From the NCBI GenBank assembly GCA_047495785.1, contig JBLDXI010000013.1, positions 2,604,001 to 2,668,000 on the forward strand: 64,000 nucleotides of DNA, given 5' to 3'. The position numbers and the translations under genes were made by a program. This DNA is from Lepidodermella squamata. Taxonomy: Eukaryota; Animalia; Gastrotricha. Below, in pieces: positions 30,345 to 42,241 of this stretch. The notes under the pieces were generated by a model. That model was given only the letters and a program-made list of their open reading frames with translations, had not been told where the DNA came from and ran no database searches. Every line of letters starts with the position of its first letter. Positions within the stretch are counted from its first letter, which is position 1.

Positions 30345-31067
30345 TTTGAGGAATGATTGAATAAAGATTTAAAAATACATTGATTGATCTGATATTATAA
30401 GGCAGATTCTAAATTCGGTTGCAAAGCATTCTTATAGTAGCATTTCCAACTACCTATGTTTAGATAATCAGGTCTGCAAGTTGACTACGGATCTGGGTCA
30501 AGATTTATTCAGGCCAACCAACCTGGTGCCTGCTTTGGGCTCAAGTCAGGCCTAACATCAAGGGCCTTAATCGGACCCGCATTTCAGCCCTGAAACAGTC
30601 CGGAGACCCTGAAGTAGGCCTCAGCTCGAATGATTGGAATTTCGTAAAATGTTAAAATGTAGAGGAATTCATTTCCTCTGCCTCTCCCCTCTCCAATATC
30701 AGCGAGCTATTACCTCGTTAACACGTGCCACGGAAAAGTCCATACTCCAGACTTTTGGCACACGTGACCAAGAAAAAAAGGAAAAAAGCAATCGCCTTAA
30801 AACATCATTTTCATTAAATTATTGCTGAAATAAATGTTTTAAAATTATATTTGTATTGAAAATACTATAAAAATTAGTTTAAATACAACCTTCACATTTA
30901 TATCGGCGGAACCACGTGGTTTTACTTTTCAAGTTTCGTAAATCTTTTCACGCGTCCCCATGTCGTGGAACATCCGATCCCGTCCTAGTTCTGTTTACGG
31001 CAGTGTAAAATAGTTTATGTCTTAGTCTCCGGCAATTTACTTTGAGGTAAGAAAGGGATATTACCAG

Positions 31068-34000
31068 GACCTATCAAAAGCCTTCGACACTGTGCCACAC
31101 TCTAAACTAATGAATGTCTTGGAATCTTTTAATGTTAATCGATGTCTGCTTAGCTGGATTTCTTCATTTCTAACTGGTCGCAAATTTAGAGTAAAAATAC
31201 ACAACTCGTTCTCTGATTGGTACGATGTTAGCAGCGGAGTCCCTCAAGGCAGTGTGCTGGGCCCTTTGCTATTCCTACTTTATATAAATGATCTTCCTAA
31301 ATATAGCAAGCAGCAATGATTTTATTATTTGTTCAAAGGCTTTCAAGCACCGGCCACGGGTGGGCTTTGGGCGCGTCCAATAATATTCAGTAACATTTTT
31401 AAAACTGGTGATTAGCTATACAGTAAATGATGTTGTATGATAATGATACATTTTTTTTTTTTCCGAGCACAGATATTATAATTATTATGAAGATGCATAC
31501 ATCAGAACTTATAACAGAGAGGCTAAAATATGGCATGTCAGTTTATAGTATTCGTAGGATAGATGTGCGATTTAAGATGAAGGCGGTAGCTAAGAGCGAG
31601 AGAGAGGATATGCGATAAAGAGATATCGCCTACGGATTTACAGGAGTTGATACTTTCGATAATCGAGGAGGTATTGATTTCAATATCATTGGTAGTCGTA
31701 CGGGGCACAGCCAGATTATTTGGAATATGGATACATTCTAAATAGAGATGGCAGATTAGATCTACAGCGTTTGAATAGTTTCTTAGAGGCATGGATAGAG
31801 GGTTACCGTCCTTAAAACAGAAAATACATTTTATTCCGAAATTATTAACATAACAAAAAGGCTTGTGAAGCGAGTTGGTCCTGATCATACTGAGAGTTCT
31901 AATATTTTTCACTGACCAAAAAGCTTTCTGGGCATTTGAATAGAGCAGCAATCTGTCGAAATTTTCGTCGGTGTAGACAGGATTTTGGTACAGGGTTTTC
32001 AAACCATTTACTGTCGATAATTTGTCATTTTTTAGCCATATTTCATACCACTTCCCAAGATGAGCCAAACCCTCAAATTGGGAGGTAGCAGAGAAAATGT
32101 TGGCACCGCCTAGTTTTTCAACGTCCCCTTGCAAATTCTTGAAAATGTTTCGATATAAATTTTTGTTCGAGTCAATAACATGGAAAGCGATTTTCAGAAG
32201 CTCATGATCGTTCTCAAATTTGAGCCGCAAGAAATATCTGACGGCTGATTTTGTGAGGATTAGATCGGGGGGATCAAGGTAAAATTCGCGTTTCACCAGT
32301 TCATTTCTGGCAGACGTTGGAATTCGACAGATCTGTTTCACAAAATAAGTATTGAAAGGGAAAATTTTGGTTTTTTTTGACTGACCCCAGAGGCCACTCG
32401 CGTAACTGTAGTTACCAACAACGTAGGAATTGTGTAGAATATTGAAAGTTTTAGGTGGGAGGTATGTAATAAAGTTTTCAATCATGTTTGGGATAAGTGC
32501 GGTGATACGCTTAGTGTTCGCATTGATAACCTCCACCATTTTGTCGAAATTAAGGTTGTGGGTGAAATAGACACCTAGGTATTTGAATTCCTTAACTCTT
32601 TCGAGGGTTTCCCCATTCAGGGTAAATTTTAAACTAGAATTTTCGGAGAACCGCTTTTCAAAAATCATAATTTTGGTTTTTTCTATGTTGATTTTGAGGG
32701 AATTTTCGTCGCAGTAGGTGACAAGCTCATTGAGTAGTTTTTGTAGTTTTTCTGGGCTTTCAGCCATCAATACTAAGTCGTCCGCGTAGAGAATAGCGAT
32801 AATGACATATTGCTCGAATGTCAGACCGGGTATCGTTTTCATAAGATATGGTATCAGGTCATTGATGAAAATAGAGAAAAGTAAAGGGGAGAGAGGGTCA
32901 CCTTGTCTTACTCCTACGTTGGAACTTATTGGACTATCGTAAAGAATGGATGATTTGTATCGCAAAAATAATTTATTGTCGGCATACATGTTTTTGATGA
33001 CCTCGATGAAGGGTGACGGCAGTCCTAGTTTAATTAACTTTCCTCGAGGGCTTTATTCATCTTTTGTTGGTGTGGAGTGCGGTACTTTGCGACCCAAACG
33101 CCCTTGCTAATCAGGAATTGCTGGGATTCCCATTTCAAAATTTGGTACATCAGGCTCGTTGAACGTTCAGTCGGAGGTAGCGTTACCTGGATTTTTCGCA
33201 CCAAAGGTGAGCCGTCTTGTTTGCGACGCGGTGGGCCGAAACGCTGGCACGCCATCGGCTCGTTTACCAGTAAGTGGACGTGTTCTTCGATAATGTTGAC
33301 GAGATCGCCCTCAGTCTCCCCCTCTACCTCTCCAACACTCGGGATCGAGAAAAGTAAGGAGGCCCTCCAAAGGAAAGATTCGATTACGCTGATTCGCCTG
33401 CCATCAGCTTGCTGTATCGATAGGAGAAAGGCTACCTGTTCTTCCAGACGGGCGATCCTAACTTCCGGATCTTCGGGCTGCTCTACTTCACCGTTGTTGT
33501 TGCTGTGGTCGTCACTCATGTGTATTATGTATTAGTAGTATTGATAGTAGTAGTAGTTGATGAAAATTTTTTTTTTCACAAGCACGAGTTTTAATTCACG
33601 AAAAAGCAAGTTGCTTTTAGATCGAACACTAAGCGAATCCTAAATATATAAAATTTAGTATTATTCGTATGTTTGCCGACGACATCAAATTATTTCCGCA
33701 CACTTCTCTTACTCCGGTTGACAAAGAAAAAAATATTTTTGACTACAGCTACATTCAAAAAGATGTTGATAGCATTGTAAATTATCTTAAAGAACGACAA
33801 CTGATTCTAAATTCTGAAAAATGCGTTATATTAAAAATTAATACCTCTGAATCTGTAAATATAAAAATCGGGAATAACTATCTTGAATGTGTTGACGAAA
33901 TTCGTGACCTTGGTGTAATTGTCGATAGTAATCTGAACTTCTCTAATCACTGTGCTAAGACTGTGGCAAAAGCTAGAAAAATATGTGGCATGATACTTCA

Positions 34001-34640
34001 CTCCTTCCAGACTAAGAAAGTTGATATATTAATGAAAGCTTTCGATATCTATGTACTACCTATAGTTCTTTATTGTAGCACAGTATGGTCTCCTAGGTTT
34101 ATCGGTGACCAGAAGTTGTTAGAAAGTGTTCAAAAAAATTTCACGTGGCGAGTCATGAAAACACACGACTATGAATTAAGGCTTCGTTCTCTTAATCGCT
34201 TAAGTATTATTCAACGCCACCAAGTAAGGGACCTGTGCGTTACAAATGATATTCTAAAAGGAAATGTTAACTTGCATACCACTTGCTTTTTCGATATTAA
34301 AAAATCTAATTATGACACGCGTAGTCACAAGTATTATCTCTTAATGCGTAAATCTCATCTCGATGTATTGTATAATTTTTTCAGCTATAGAGTAGTTAAT
34401 AAGTGGAACAAATTGCCTGTAAATATTATTGATATCAAAGATAGACTTATCTTTAAAAATAATGTTAAAAATTCTATCTCAATGCTGTGATGCGGATGGA
34501 CAGGGCGCATAAGTGTCCCTGGCTCCAGATTTATCAATATATATGTGATATATATAACTACTTAGTATCTATATGATAGATACCTAAAAAATTGTAACAT
34601 GTTGGGAGCAAAAATAAAACTAACTAACTAACTAACTAAA
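31068..34640 (+). mobile_element. 5'-truncated CR1-like non-LTR retrotransposon (RT domain to 3' end), split by a nested insertion
   Basis: DLSKAFDTVPH...SGVPQGSVLGPLLFLLYINDLPKY (31068-31305) resumes as IKFSIIRMFADDIKLF...YCSTVWSP...TRSH...FFSYRVVNKWNKLP (33649-34490). 3' stem-loop CAGGGCGC-ATAA-GTGTCCCTG at 34501-34521, then AATAAA and an (ACTA)n tail at ~34619-34640. Confidence 0.9.
31306..33637 (-). mobile_element. Internally deleted RTE-X-like non-LTR element nested in the CR1-like copy; 11-bp TSD TCCTAAATATA (31295-31305 and 33638-33648)
   Basis: ORF1-like 33519-33034 (coiled coil plus RRM-like), followed directly by an RT C-terminal half (GVRQGDPLSPLLF, YADDLVL, FKYLGV, YASGLWG, CxxC...HLYLEC knuckle) ending at 31538. 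Clade assignment is inferred from motifs. Confidence 0.85.
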
Positions 34641-34912
34641 ATCGATTTTTAGGATGGAAGACTCATGCTCCTTTTCGGCGAGAAGTTCTCGGATGCCTAG
34701 GCGGGCGTTGACGTCATTGCCAAGCGCCAAGAGAAGTGTGTTAGAGAGCCGACGATCAAGGGCTAACCTATGTATCCGTAGCCCGCTAACCGGTTACTAT
34801 GATTTCATGTCATGCTTGAAAGATTTCTTGTATAACGTTTTTATTAATAAAACATAAAATAACGCTACTAAATGTGTTATCATTTTTACTCGTGGTGCTA
34901 GATAAATTATTC

Positions 34913-36460
34913 ATGTCCGCTTCAGAGAAGTTGTTTCTGGCTGTTACGAGGTCATGCTTTATTAGCAAGCGCTTTGTTCGTGATCGATTTCGGCCCTCAC
35001 TTGTTGCTCTTACTGGCGCAGGGAAAACTTTCGACGAGAGAGTCGCCGGTCAGTCTGAAAGCATTCATAAGAAACCTAGACTATTCATTATGATTTAGAA
35101 TTGAACGGGACAAAAAGTCGTACCGTTGAAAGGGTAAATATAGGACTTCCCTTATCGCGTGTCGTCGACGAAAAGAAGGAAGCCACCGTTAAATGGAGCT
35201 GCCAAGGACCGAATGACTCTTCTCGTCGTTCAATTCTGGACGCTGTCTCTTCGCATTGGATGAATGACAACGGTATTGTGCTAGTGTTTGCCTAACTCTC
35301 GAAAATTTCAAGTCGAATATCATACAGGAACTGTGGATATTGCAAATATCGCAGATCACTACGGTGTTTTTCAGCATCTTTTTGGCGATGCTTTCTTCTA
35401 TCCTCAGTTCGACTGGCAAGTGACTTTCGAAAACGATAAGAGTGATCGGAGATCAGTTGCTAAATTTGGCAACTCACTGTCTGCTTCTGTCGTAAGATAT
35501 TGAATTATACAACTTGGATTTCAATACCCGATCACTTCGAAATAGTGTTTGAGCGAACCCAAAGTCGAATTCAAGCAACCTTTATCTACCGATGCATCTC
35601 ATTGGTGCCTGGTTATGACCGCTCTCGATGGACATCTGTCCAATTCCAAACGCGAATATGTTTTGTGGATGGCGTAAGCTTTTGCATTGCACTAAGCACT
35701 AAAATAAACTTATTTTATTCCATTTCAGAGCTAATCTTGCTGGGAATGCCTCCGACCCCATGTCTTCGGCTGATATTGTTGTGCCTTATCTCCCGCCTTT
35801 CCCGTTGCATGGCTTCGGAAATTGCCGCGTGGCTCTTGTCTTATATAAGCAGCTGAATGGCCGAGTTGAAAAGCCGGCAAATTTATTTTCGACTCAGATT
35901 TCCAACCAAATCGAAACCCGAGACTTCTCTACCCTCGAGTGGTATCGTTCTCGCCAGGAAGTTCTCACACCAGCTTCTCTGCGATTTTTTCAAACTCACT
36001 GGGATGATTCTGTTACAGAAACTTTCCATAACCTACTTGGTGCGTTCAAGCAATTTCGTATGAGCCTTTTAATTTATTTTTGTTGAATGTTAGGCATGAA
36101 GGAGCCTAGATATGAATACCAGACTCCCGAGCCTCACCGAGAAGAACAGCTCGTGAGACCCCCTGAAGATGTGCCTTTCAACGAGTAAGATTTTGAATAT
36201 TGATAGCCTATTGATAGTAAGTTATTCATCTTGCTTATAGTTACCTTGACCGCTATCGTGATCGCAAAGACATCGCGGAAGAAGTCTTTAGGTACTACAT
36301 GTACCACCAGAATAAACCGATCGGACCTTGGAAAACTCCTTCAAAATATCCCAATCTAACTCGGCTTGATCCAAGGAAAACGGTTTCGTGGATTCGTGAC
36401 GAAGAGAAAAACAAAAGACTGCGAATTGGAAAGTGGAAGAATCTTCCGCATCCCATATAA
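34913..36460 (+). CDS. MRPL38: Mitochondrial ribosomal protein mL38 (PEBP-like), multi-exon
   Basis: [72 protein letters not shown] and YLDRYRD; stop TAA at 36458-36460. Confidence 0.92.
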
Positions 36461-36594
36461 CAGTAATCTAGTCCTTTACTATATCAAAATTGGACGTTAT
36501 TTTATAGTCATGTGCACATTCGATGCCTAAATTCGGAAAAAAATAAAAATAACAAGATGAATGTCTTGTTCATAAAATGCAGGACCCTTTCAGC

Positions 36595-39308
36595 TCAAAG
36601 CTCCGTTTTGCTTTGTTCTTGACTCTCGGTTTCATTGTCCTGCTCTGATGTTTGCGTGGATACGCTGCAAAAATTGCTAGAACCCGTTCCGCGATGTGTC
36701 CTGTGGTGTAAACCGTCTCGATACTCTGGACTTGTCTCGTCAATAGAATAAATAGGCCTGGATCCGTAGACAGATGAAACTTTCCGGAAATGATGAGCGT
36801 GATTCGCGTTATCTGCATTTGACTGGGGAGAAGCTGGATCCTGACTTGCCGAGTCTGGAGTTTCCATCTCAGTGCCAACTGAAAGAAAAATATTAATCAG
36901 GTCCATGTTTTTTCTCACTATACCTACCTGTCATGGGAATTCCACCGTAGAAGTTTGGTGCTGTTGTCTCAAGAAGCTTCATTAATCTAGCCTCTTGGAC
37001 GTGGTGATCATCAGAAGATGTTGAAACGCCGTCAGCATGCATGCCAACGACTGTCGAATATTTCCTCTGCGGGAAAAGAGAAATTTCGTTCGCAGTTACT
37101 GATCTTGATCTCCCGAATCGTAGTTCGCTGCGAGATGAAGTATGAGTGAGCCCAGAAACCACCGAAACGGTATGTCTTAAGCGGCTGATAATTTCCTTCT
37201 CCGTCGGTTCAGCCGTTTTATTCTCGGGTTTGACCAGCGATGAGCGATACTCGTTTATCGCATTTTCAATATTATCAGCGTAATTGAAATTTTCCAATCC
37301 ACTCGCTTCGAGTTGAAGCCTGACTTTGTCCGATAAATTTGCGAAAATGATATGCTTCTTTCGGCGAAATGCCATAGCCAATATCATATGCCAAGCCTTG
37401 AATTAAACAACGATATAATTTTGATAGGTGACGCTTTATTTGTTACCTGCAGTCCAGTAAAATCGAACCCTGTAACAAATCGACAGTCCAAGACAAAATG
37501 AGTGCTGTCCATCGCAAAGATCAGAGCCATCTTATCAATAAATTTGTCGACAGATGGATACTTCATTCCGTGCGACAGTTGAACCACAGTGACAGTCTGA
37601 TTTTCATCGTTCGAGTCCACGGCAATAATCGTGTCGACAGGCTCATGCGTCACTGAAAGCTGCATGTGAATGACGCCGTGCAAAAATGTGAGCATATTCA
37701 ATAGAAGAGCTATTTTAGGGACATTTTTACGAAAATCACAAAAATTTGTTTTCGAAGTAAAATTAATTACCAATTAAAATTCCATACGCCAAATCGAAAA
37801 ATAAGCAAAGAAGGAAGGTGGCGATGAAGAGGAAGAGGTCAGGCTTGTACTCCCGCCAGATCTTGATTATCGCCCTGTAGTCAAACAAATGATGAGCAGC
37901 CGCGACAAGAATAGCAGAGAGAGATGCTTTAGGAACGTAGAAAAACACTTCGGTTAAACAACCGATCGAGACTACGATGATAATGACGCTGACCAGAGTA
38001 CTCAACGGCGTTCGAACTTTGCATTGGTCATTCAAGGCTGTTTTTGCCGTAGCAACCGTAATTGGGTAGGCGTAGTAACAGCTTTGAATGGCATTCCCCA
38101 AACCGATTGCCAACAATTCTTGAGTCGCGTCAATGCGATAGCCGTTTTTGCGAGCCAGCGATTTCAAAATCGCGAACATTTCCATAATAGCCATAAGAGG
38201 CATGATGATAAATGCGACGGATAGCGTAGATAAAACTTCCTGAGTGCCCTGAAGGAGCTCCTCTTTTTCTTCGAATGCTGTTCCGTTATCGATTGGTATC
38301 TTGGTCACGTTGTAGACCTGAAATCTTGGAAATCTCGGAATCGGAAAGCCAGGTTTTATATAACCAACTACGGTCAACTTTTCCCCCATATCAGGGTTCG
38401 TCGAAAACAAATGGTAAGCAACACCAGTTGTAACGATGAAAACTATGACGTTTCTCGAAGCTACGACTAATCGAAGAATGTTCAACAAAGTTTCTTTTAA
38501 CTGGGGACGTTGCGTTGGACGGCGGTTGATAAATTCGACGAAAATCATGTGCGAATACTCAACAATCAACAAGAAAGCAAGAGATGTGAAACCGAATATC
38601 ACGTCAAGATTTCGAATTTCGTCGCGCCGATCGTAGACATTTTTCACTTGTTTCACGAACACGCCTGGCGAGTCGTAAGGTGACTTGTGAAGTCCGAACA
38701 TTGTTTTCAGCTGGCTAGCAGTGATTGCAAAGGCAGATGCAGACGTGAACCCGCTGACGACAGGGATCGAAAATAAATTTACGATAAAACCGAGTTTGAA
38801 TACGCCGATCAAAATTAAAATAATTCCGTTGCTTAGAGCAAGAATAGACGCGTAGGTGTTGTCACCTATCGAAGAGAGCGGATTCAGGACGTTGAACTGA
38901 GCCAAAATCATGGAACCAATAGCCGAAGGTCCGACAATCGCATCCTTCGATGTTCCGAGGAAAATGTATATCAGTTGGCCGATGAAGCTGCTGTAGAGTC
39001 CAAACTCTGGTCGAAGATAAGCCATCTGCGCATAAGCCTGAAGGTTTTAATATAAAAAAATGCACGTTTTCTATTTCGACTGGTGAATGGCAGATACCAA
39101 TGATATTGGCAGTAAAGTCAGTCCAACTGTTAGTCCCGCCACGAGGTCATAAGGTGCGTCGGCTAATCTAGATGAAAAAATGAGTAAATGTTGCAGTCTC
39201 ACAAAATCGCCGAATTGAATACTTGTAATTCGGCAGCCACTTGGTGATGGGTACAGTATTCTTCATCCATTCTCTGGGGTTCTCCTTGAGTTGCTTGATC
39301 AGCTTCAT
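36595..39308 (-). CDS. SLC26/SulP anion transporter (SLC26A11-like) with STAS domain, multi-exon
   Basis: PITKWLPNY, DLVAGLTVGLTLLP, AYAQMAYLRPEFGLYSSF, FLGTSKDAIVGPSAI, PVVSGFTSASA, IDATQELLAIG and STAS-type VLDCRFVTGFDFTG. Confidence 0.88.
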
Positions 39309-40244
39309 TTCAACTTTATGTGAAAGCAAGCCTAAAGAATTCTAGGCGCGCTACATACGATACAGTTGTTTTTAATGTATGACGAGCATCTCAGCTTCTG
39401 GCCTTGAGAAACGCATAACAGTGACATTGGCAATTGGCAGCAACAATACAATGGGATTATATACAAGGAAAGAAAGGCGGTTGTTGTAATTTCTTTGGCT
39501 ACTTGAACGCCAGAACAATATTTCTTTGTGCCCAACCCTGGAGGCGGCAAAGGTTGTTTTAATTAATACCATATACTTTCTTACAAAGCTCGTCAATACA
39601 ATATTATCATTCAGTCTTTGTTTGATTATTCTGCGCCTCATCTGCGCCTGATAAAAAACACTGCACGTTTGGCCTGTACTATAACGTCCTTTCAAGGAGG
39701 TCAACGGCCGTTGTATTGTGAATAGCACGATATCCGGAAAATATCCAGACCGACGAAAACTATTTTATGATCAACATTTTCATTTTTTAAACACAATGCG
39801 TTCAGCTGAATGAATGTGAAAAAGTGAGCTGGAAATATGAAGTCGAGAGTTGTGATCGGATCCGGCTCCCGGGCTGGGAAGGCTGAGGTCAATAAAATTA
39901 TCTTGCAATCACTGTCTGTCTGTTAAATGACAGCTATATAAATGACAGAAATGATTTGGGTGAATATTATGAATATGTCAGGGAGATTCCCGCTTGCCCG
40001 AAGCCTGAATATACAGGATAAAATCCAGAAAATTCCAAACCAAGCTACTGAGTCCCATAATATATAAGATGGAACTGGAAAATGTTGCGTGCCTACATTA
40101 ATTAAGTGGAAGAGGCGCCTTAATTTTCGCGGCATAAGAACTCGAGAAAAACGCGTGCGATATTAAAAATGCGTTTTTTCGAGAAAACAACCAACTTTTT
40201 AAAACCAAGGCTTGAGGTAGAAAATCCCACTTCTTAATTCCTAA

Positions 40245-40589
40245 ATGCAATCTCTGGATTATTTTTGTCGCACTGTTATGGAACTTGCCGAGCCACCACC
40301 GTCCTATACCGATGTTAACGCCTTGACAGGCAAGCCCCCAAGCTACGCGAGACTGGTAGACGCGATCGATCCGCCATGGATGATGCCCCCTCCAGCCGGT
40401 GCTTCGTTGACGCAAATTTCGGCTATTCGCATGCACGCGCCACTAGATGACAGCGGCAAGCACTCGTGCTGTCTAAACGTGTTCATCATTTTATGCACCA
40501 TCACTTGGCCTCTCCTCGCCCTGATGGTACTTTTCTTGGGAGCCGCATATTTCATCCACGAGACTAGCAATTTCTCACGACAAGCCTAA
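40245..40589 (+). CDS. Small single-pass membrane protein with two PPxY motifs
   Basis: 114-aa ORF with PPPSY and PPSY, then CC and a hydrophobic stretch VFIILCTITWPLLALMVLFLGAAYFI; AATAAA immediately after the stop. Confidence 0.65.
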   Translation: MQSLDYFCRTVMELAEPPPSYTDVNALTGKPPSYARLVDAIDPPWMMPPPAGASLTQISAIRMHAPLDDSGKHSCCLNVFIILCTITWPLLALMVLFLGAAYFIHETSNFSRQA

Positions 40590-40964
40590 GAAATAATAAA
40601 AAATTCGCGGTTTCATCGTCTCAACGCTGCAGAGGTGTTGATATATTTTCTGATTGCAATTCTCATTCCTGAAATAAATAATAGGTAAATACCTACTTCG
40701 TTTATAATCGTATCCATTCCAATTTAACCAATTTAACTTGAGCTTGGGATTTCATGTTATTCCAGGCGAATTGAAGACTGGGTTCTGCATAAAATCGTAT
40801 TTTTTGCCAAACAGGACATGTAAGCTCTAGTAAGAATAAACGTAATCGATCTTCATTCTCGAAAATCGAACTCGAAGCACGTGAGCCGTCGAATTCGAAT
40901 TACAGCGAAATTTTCCAACATAATGCCTAGGGTCATACAATTTTTCTTTAGAGAAAATTTACGT

Positions 40965-41035
40965 TTCGTGGATGGAAATCGAACCCAGAACCTCTATCCG
41001 ATCAGTCAAGCAGCAGTGTTATTAAAAAGCTGTTT
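40965..41035 (-). repeat. Degenerate tRNA-derived (SINE-like) remnant
   Basis: Minus strand reads GCTTGACTGATCGGATAGAGGTTCTGGGTTCGATTTCC: a B-box/T-loop-like motif preceded by an anticodon-arm-like segment, with no intact cloverleaf. Confidence 0.35.
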
Positions 41036-41545
41036 AAAATTTATTGAAAGATTTTAAGTTTAATAGCGAAACTTCGGTGACCGCGCAACGAGCCAGGTAA
41101 CCTTTGTGGGCCCTTTCTGAAATGGCCAAGGTGTTCTGAAGTCTTTAGACAATCATTAGCGCTTTATTAAATTAATGCAACTTAGCAGGAGCGTCAATAT
41201 AGATACTAATTAGCCCCCACCGCCCCTACGGGCCGCTGTAATGATGGGCAGAGCTCATATCTTCCACAAACCAGCAATTCTTCAAGATCATTTGAATCTT
41301 CATGTAATGCACATAATACTCGTTAACTCGTTGAACAAATCGTGCGAACGTCGTTTGACTTTGTTCGGTCACTTCAAGGCACTTTTTCTCAAATTTAGTT
41401 GAAAACAAACGCGTTTACCGTTCCATCTTGACATAAGATGAGCTCTTTATTATCAAAACTTGACATACAATACAATAGCATCTCGATATATGCAGGCAAT
41501 TTTTCTTCCATCGGAAAACAAAACATGAAATTTTGTAAATTCAGA

Positions 41546-41902
41546 CTAGTAAACATGTACGATGCCGTAGAAGAACGTCCAGAACAGGATGTAGGTGAGC
41601 AAATTGTTCGAAAATGAGCCGGTCACAACAAAGGACCATTGCGCGAAAAACGCGCCGATCTGGTTGCCGGTTTTCCACGACATCAGGCCAATGAAAAATC
41701 CGTACAGGAATACGAAAAACACGAAACCGAGAATACCAGTCATGCCAACTATGCCGGCAGTACAGCCACCGAGTAGGAAAACCGCAGTTCGGCAAAACTC
41801 CAATAGCCCTGAGTTGTGTTGAAGCGCCTGGGTGCTGTACGATAGCGGTTCATCGACGGGAACGAACGAGGCCGGATTTTGGACAACGGTACGGCTCGAC
41901 AT
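41546..41902 (-). CDS. EMC6: ER membrane protein complex subunit 6
   Basis: HNSGLLEFCRT, GCTAGIVGMTGILGF and LLTYILFWTFFYGIVHVY* are diagnostic of EMC6. Confidence 0.95.
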   Translation of the reverse strand: MSSRTVVQNPASFVPVDEPLSYSTQALQHNSGLLEFCRTAVFLLGGCTAGIVGMTGILGFVFFVFLYGFFIGLMSWKTGNQIGAFFAQWSFVVTGSFSNNLLTYILFWTFFYGIVHVY

Positions 41903-42241
41903 TTTGATGTTTAATAAAATCTACGAAAAAACTGAACTCGTAAAATGAATACATAAGCCTTTCAATTTAAATACGAAAATAATCAGCAGTCTGATTTGTT
42001 TTACCCGATTCCCGCGTGTTAACAACATAAAATATCTCAAAAAATCATCAATAAATTGCTCAATCACCGCAGCAAAAACGAAAAATCCAACGCAATAATC
42101 GAGGAAGTGCAAATCTGTTTTTCCGTGGATATAAAAATCGATATCATCTACGGTTGCATTTCGTTGGAAAAAATCACAAGACTCGAATGATTTTGCAAAA
42201 GAAATCGCAACAACAAATCATTTAGGCCATGCGATTTTCTC

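Noticed and set aside
34640-34790. Protein-like minus-strand frame (RLALDRRLSNTLLLALGND...) adjoining the LINE, and the 67-aa plus ORF
   Set aside because: No usable start or splice path, no convincing continuation beyond the LINE, and no recognisable motif.
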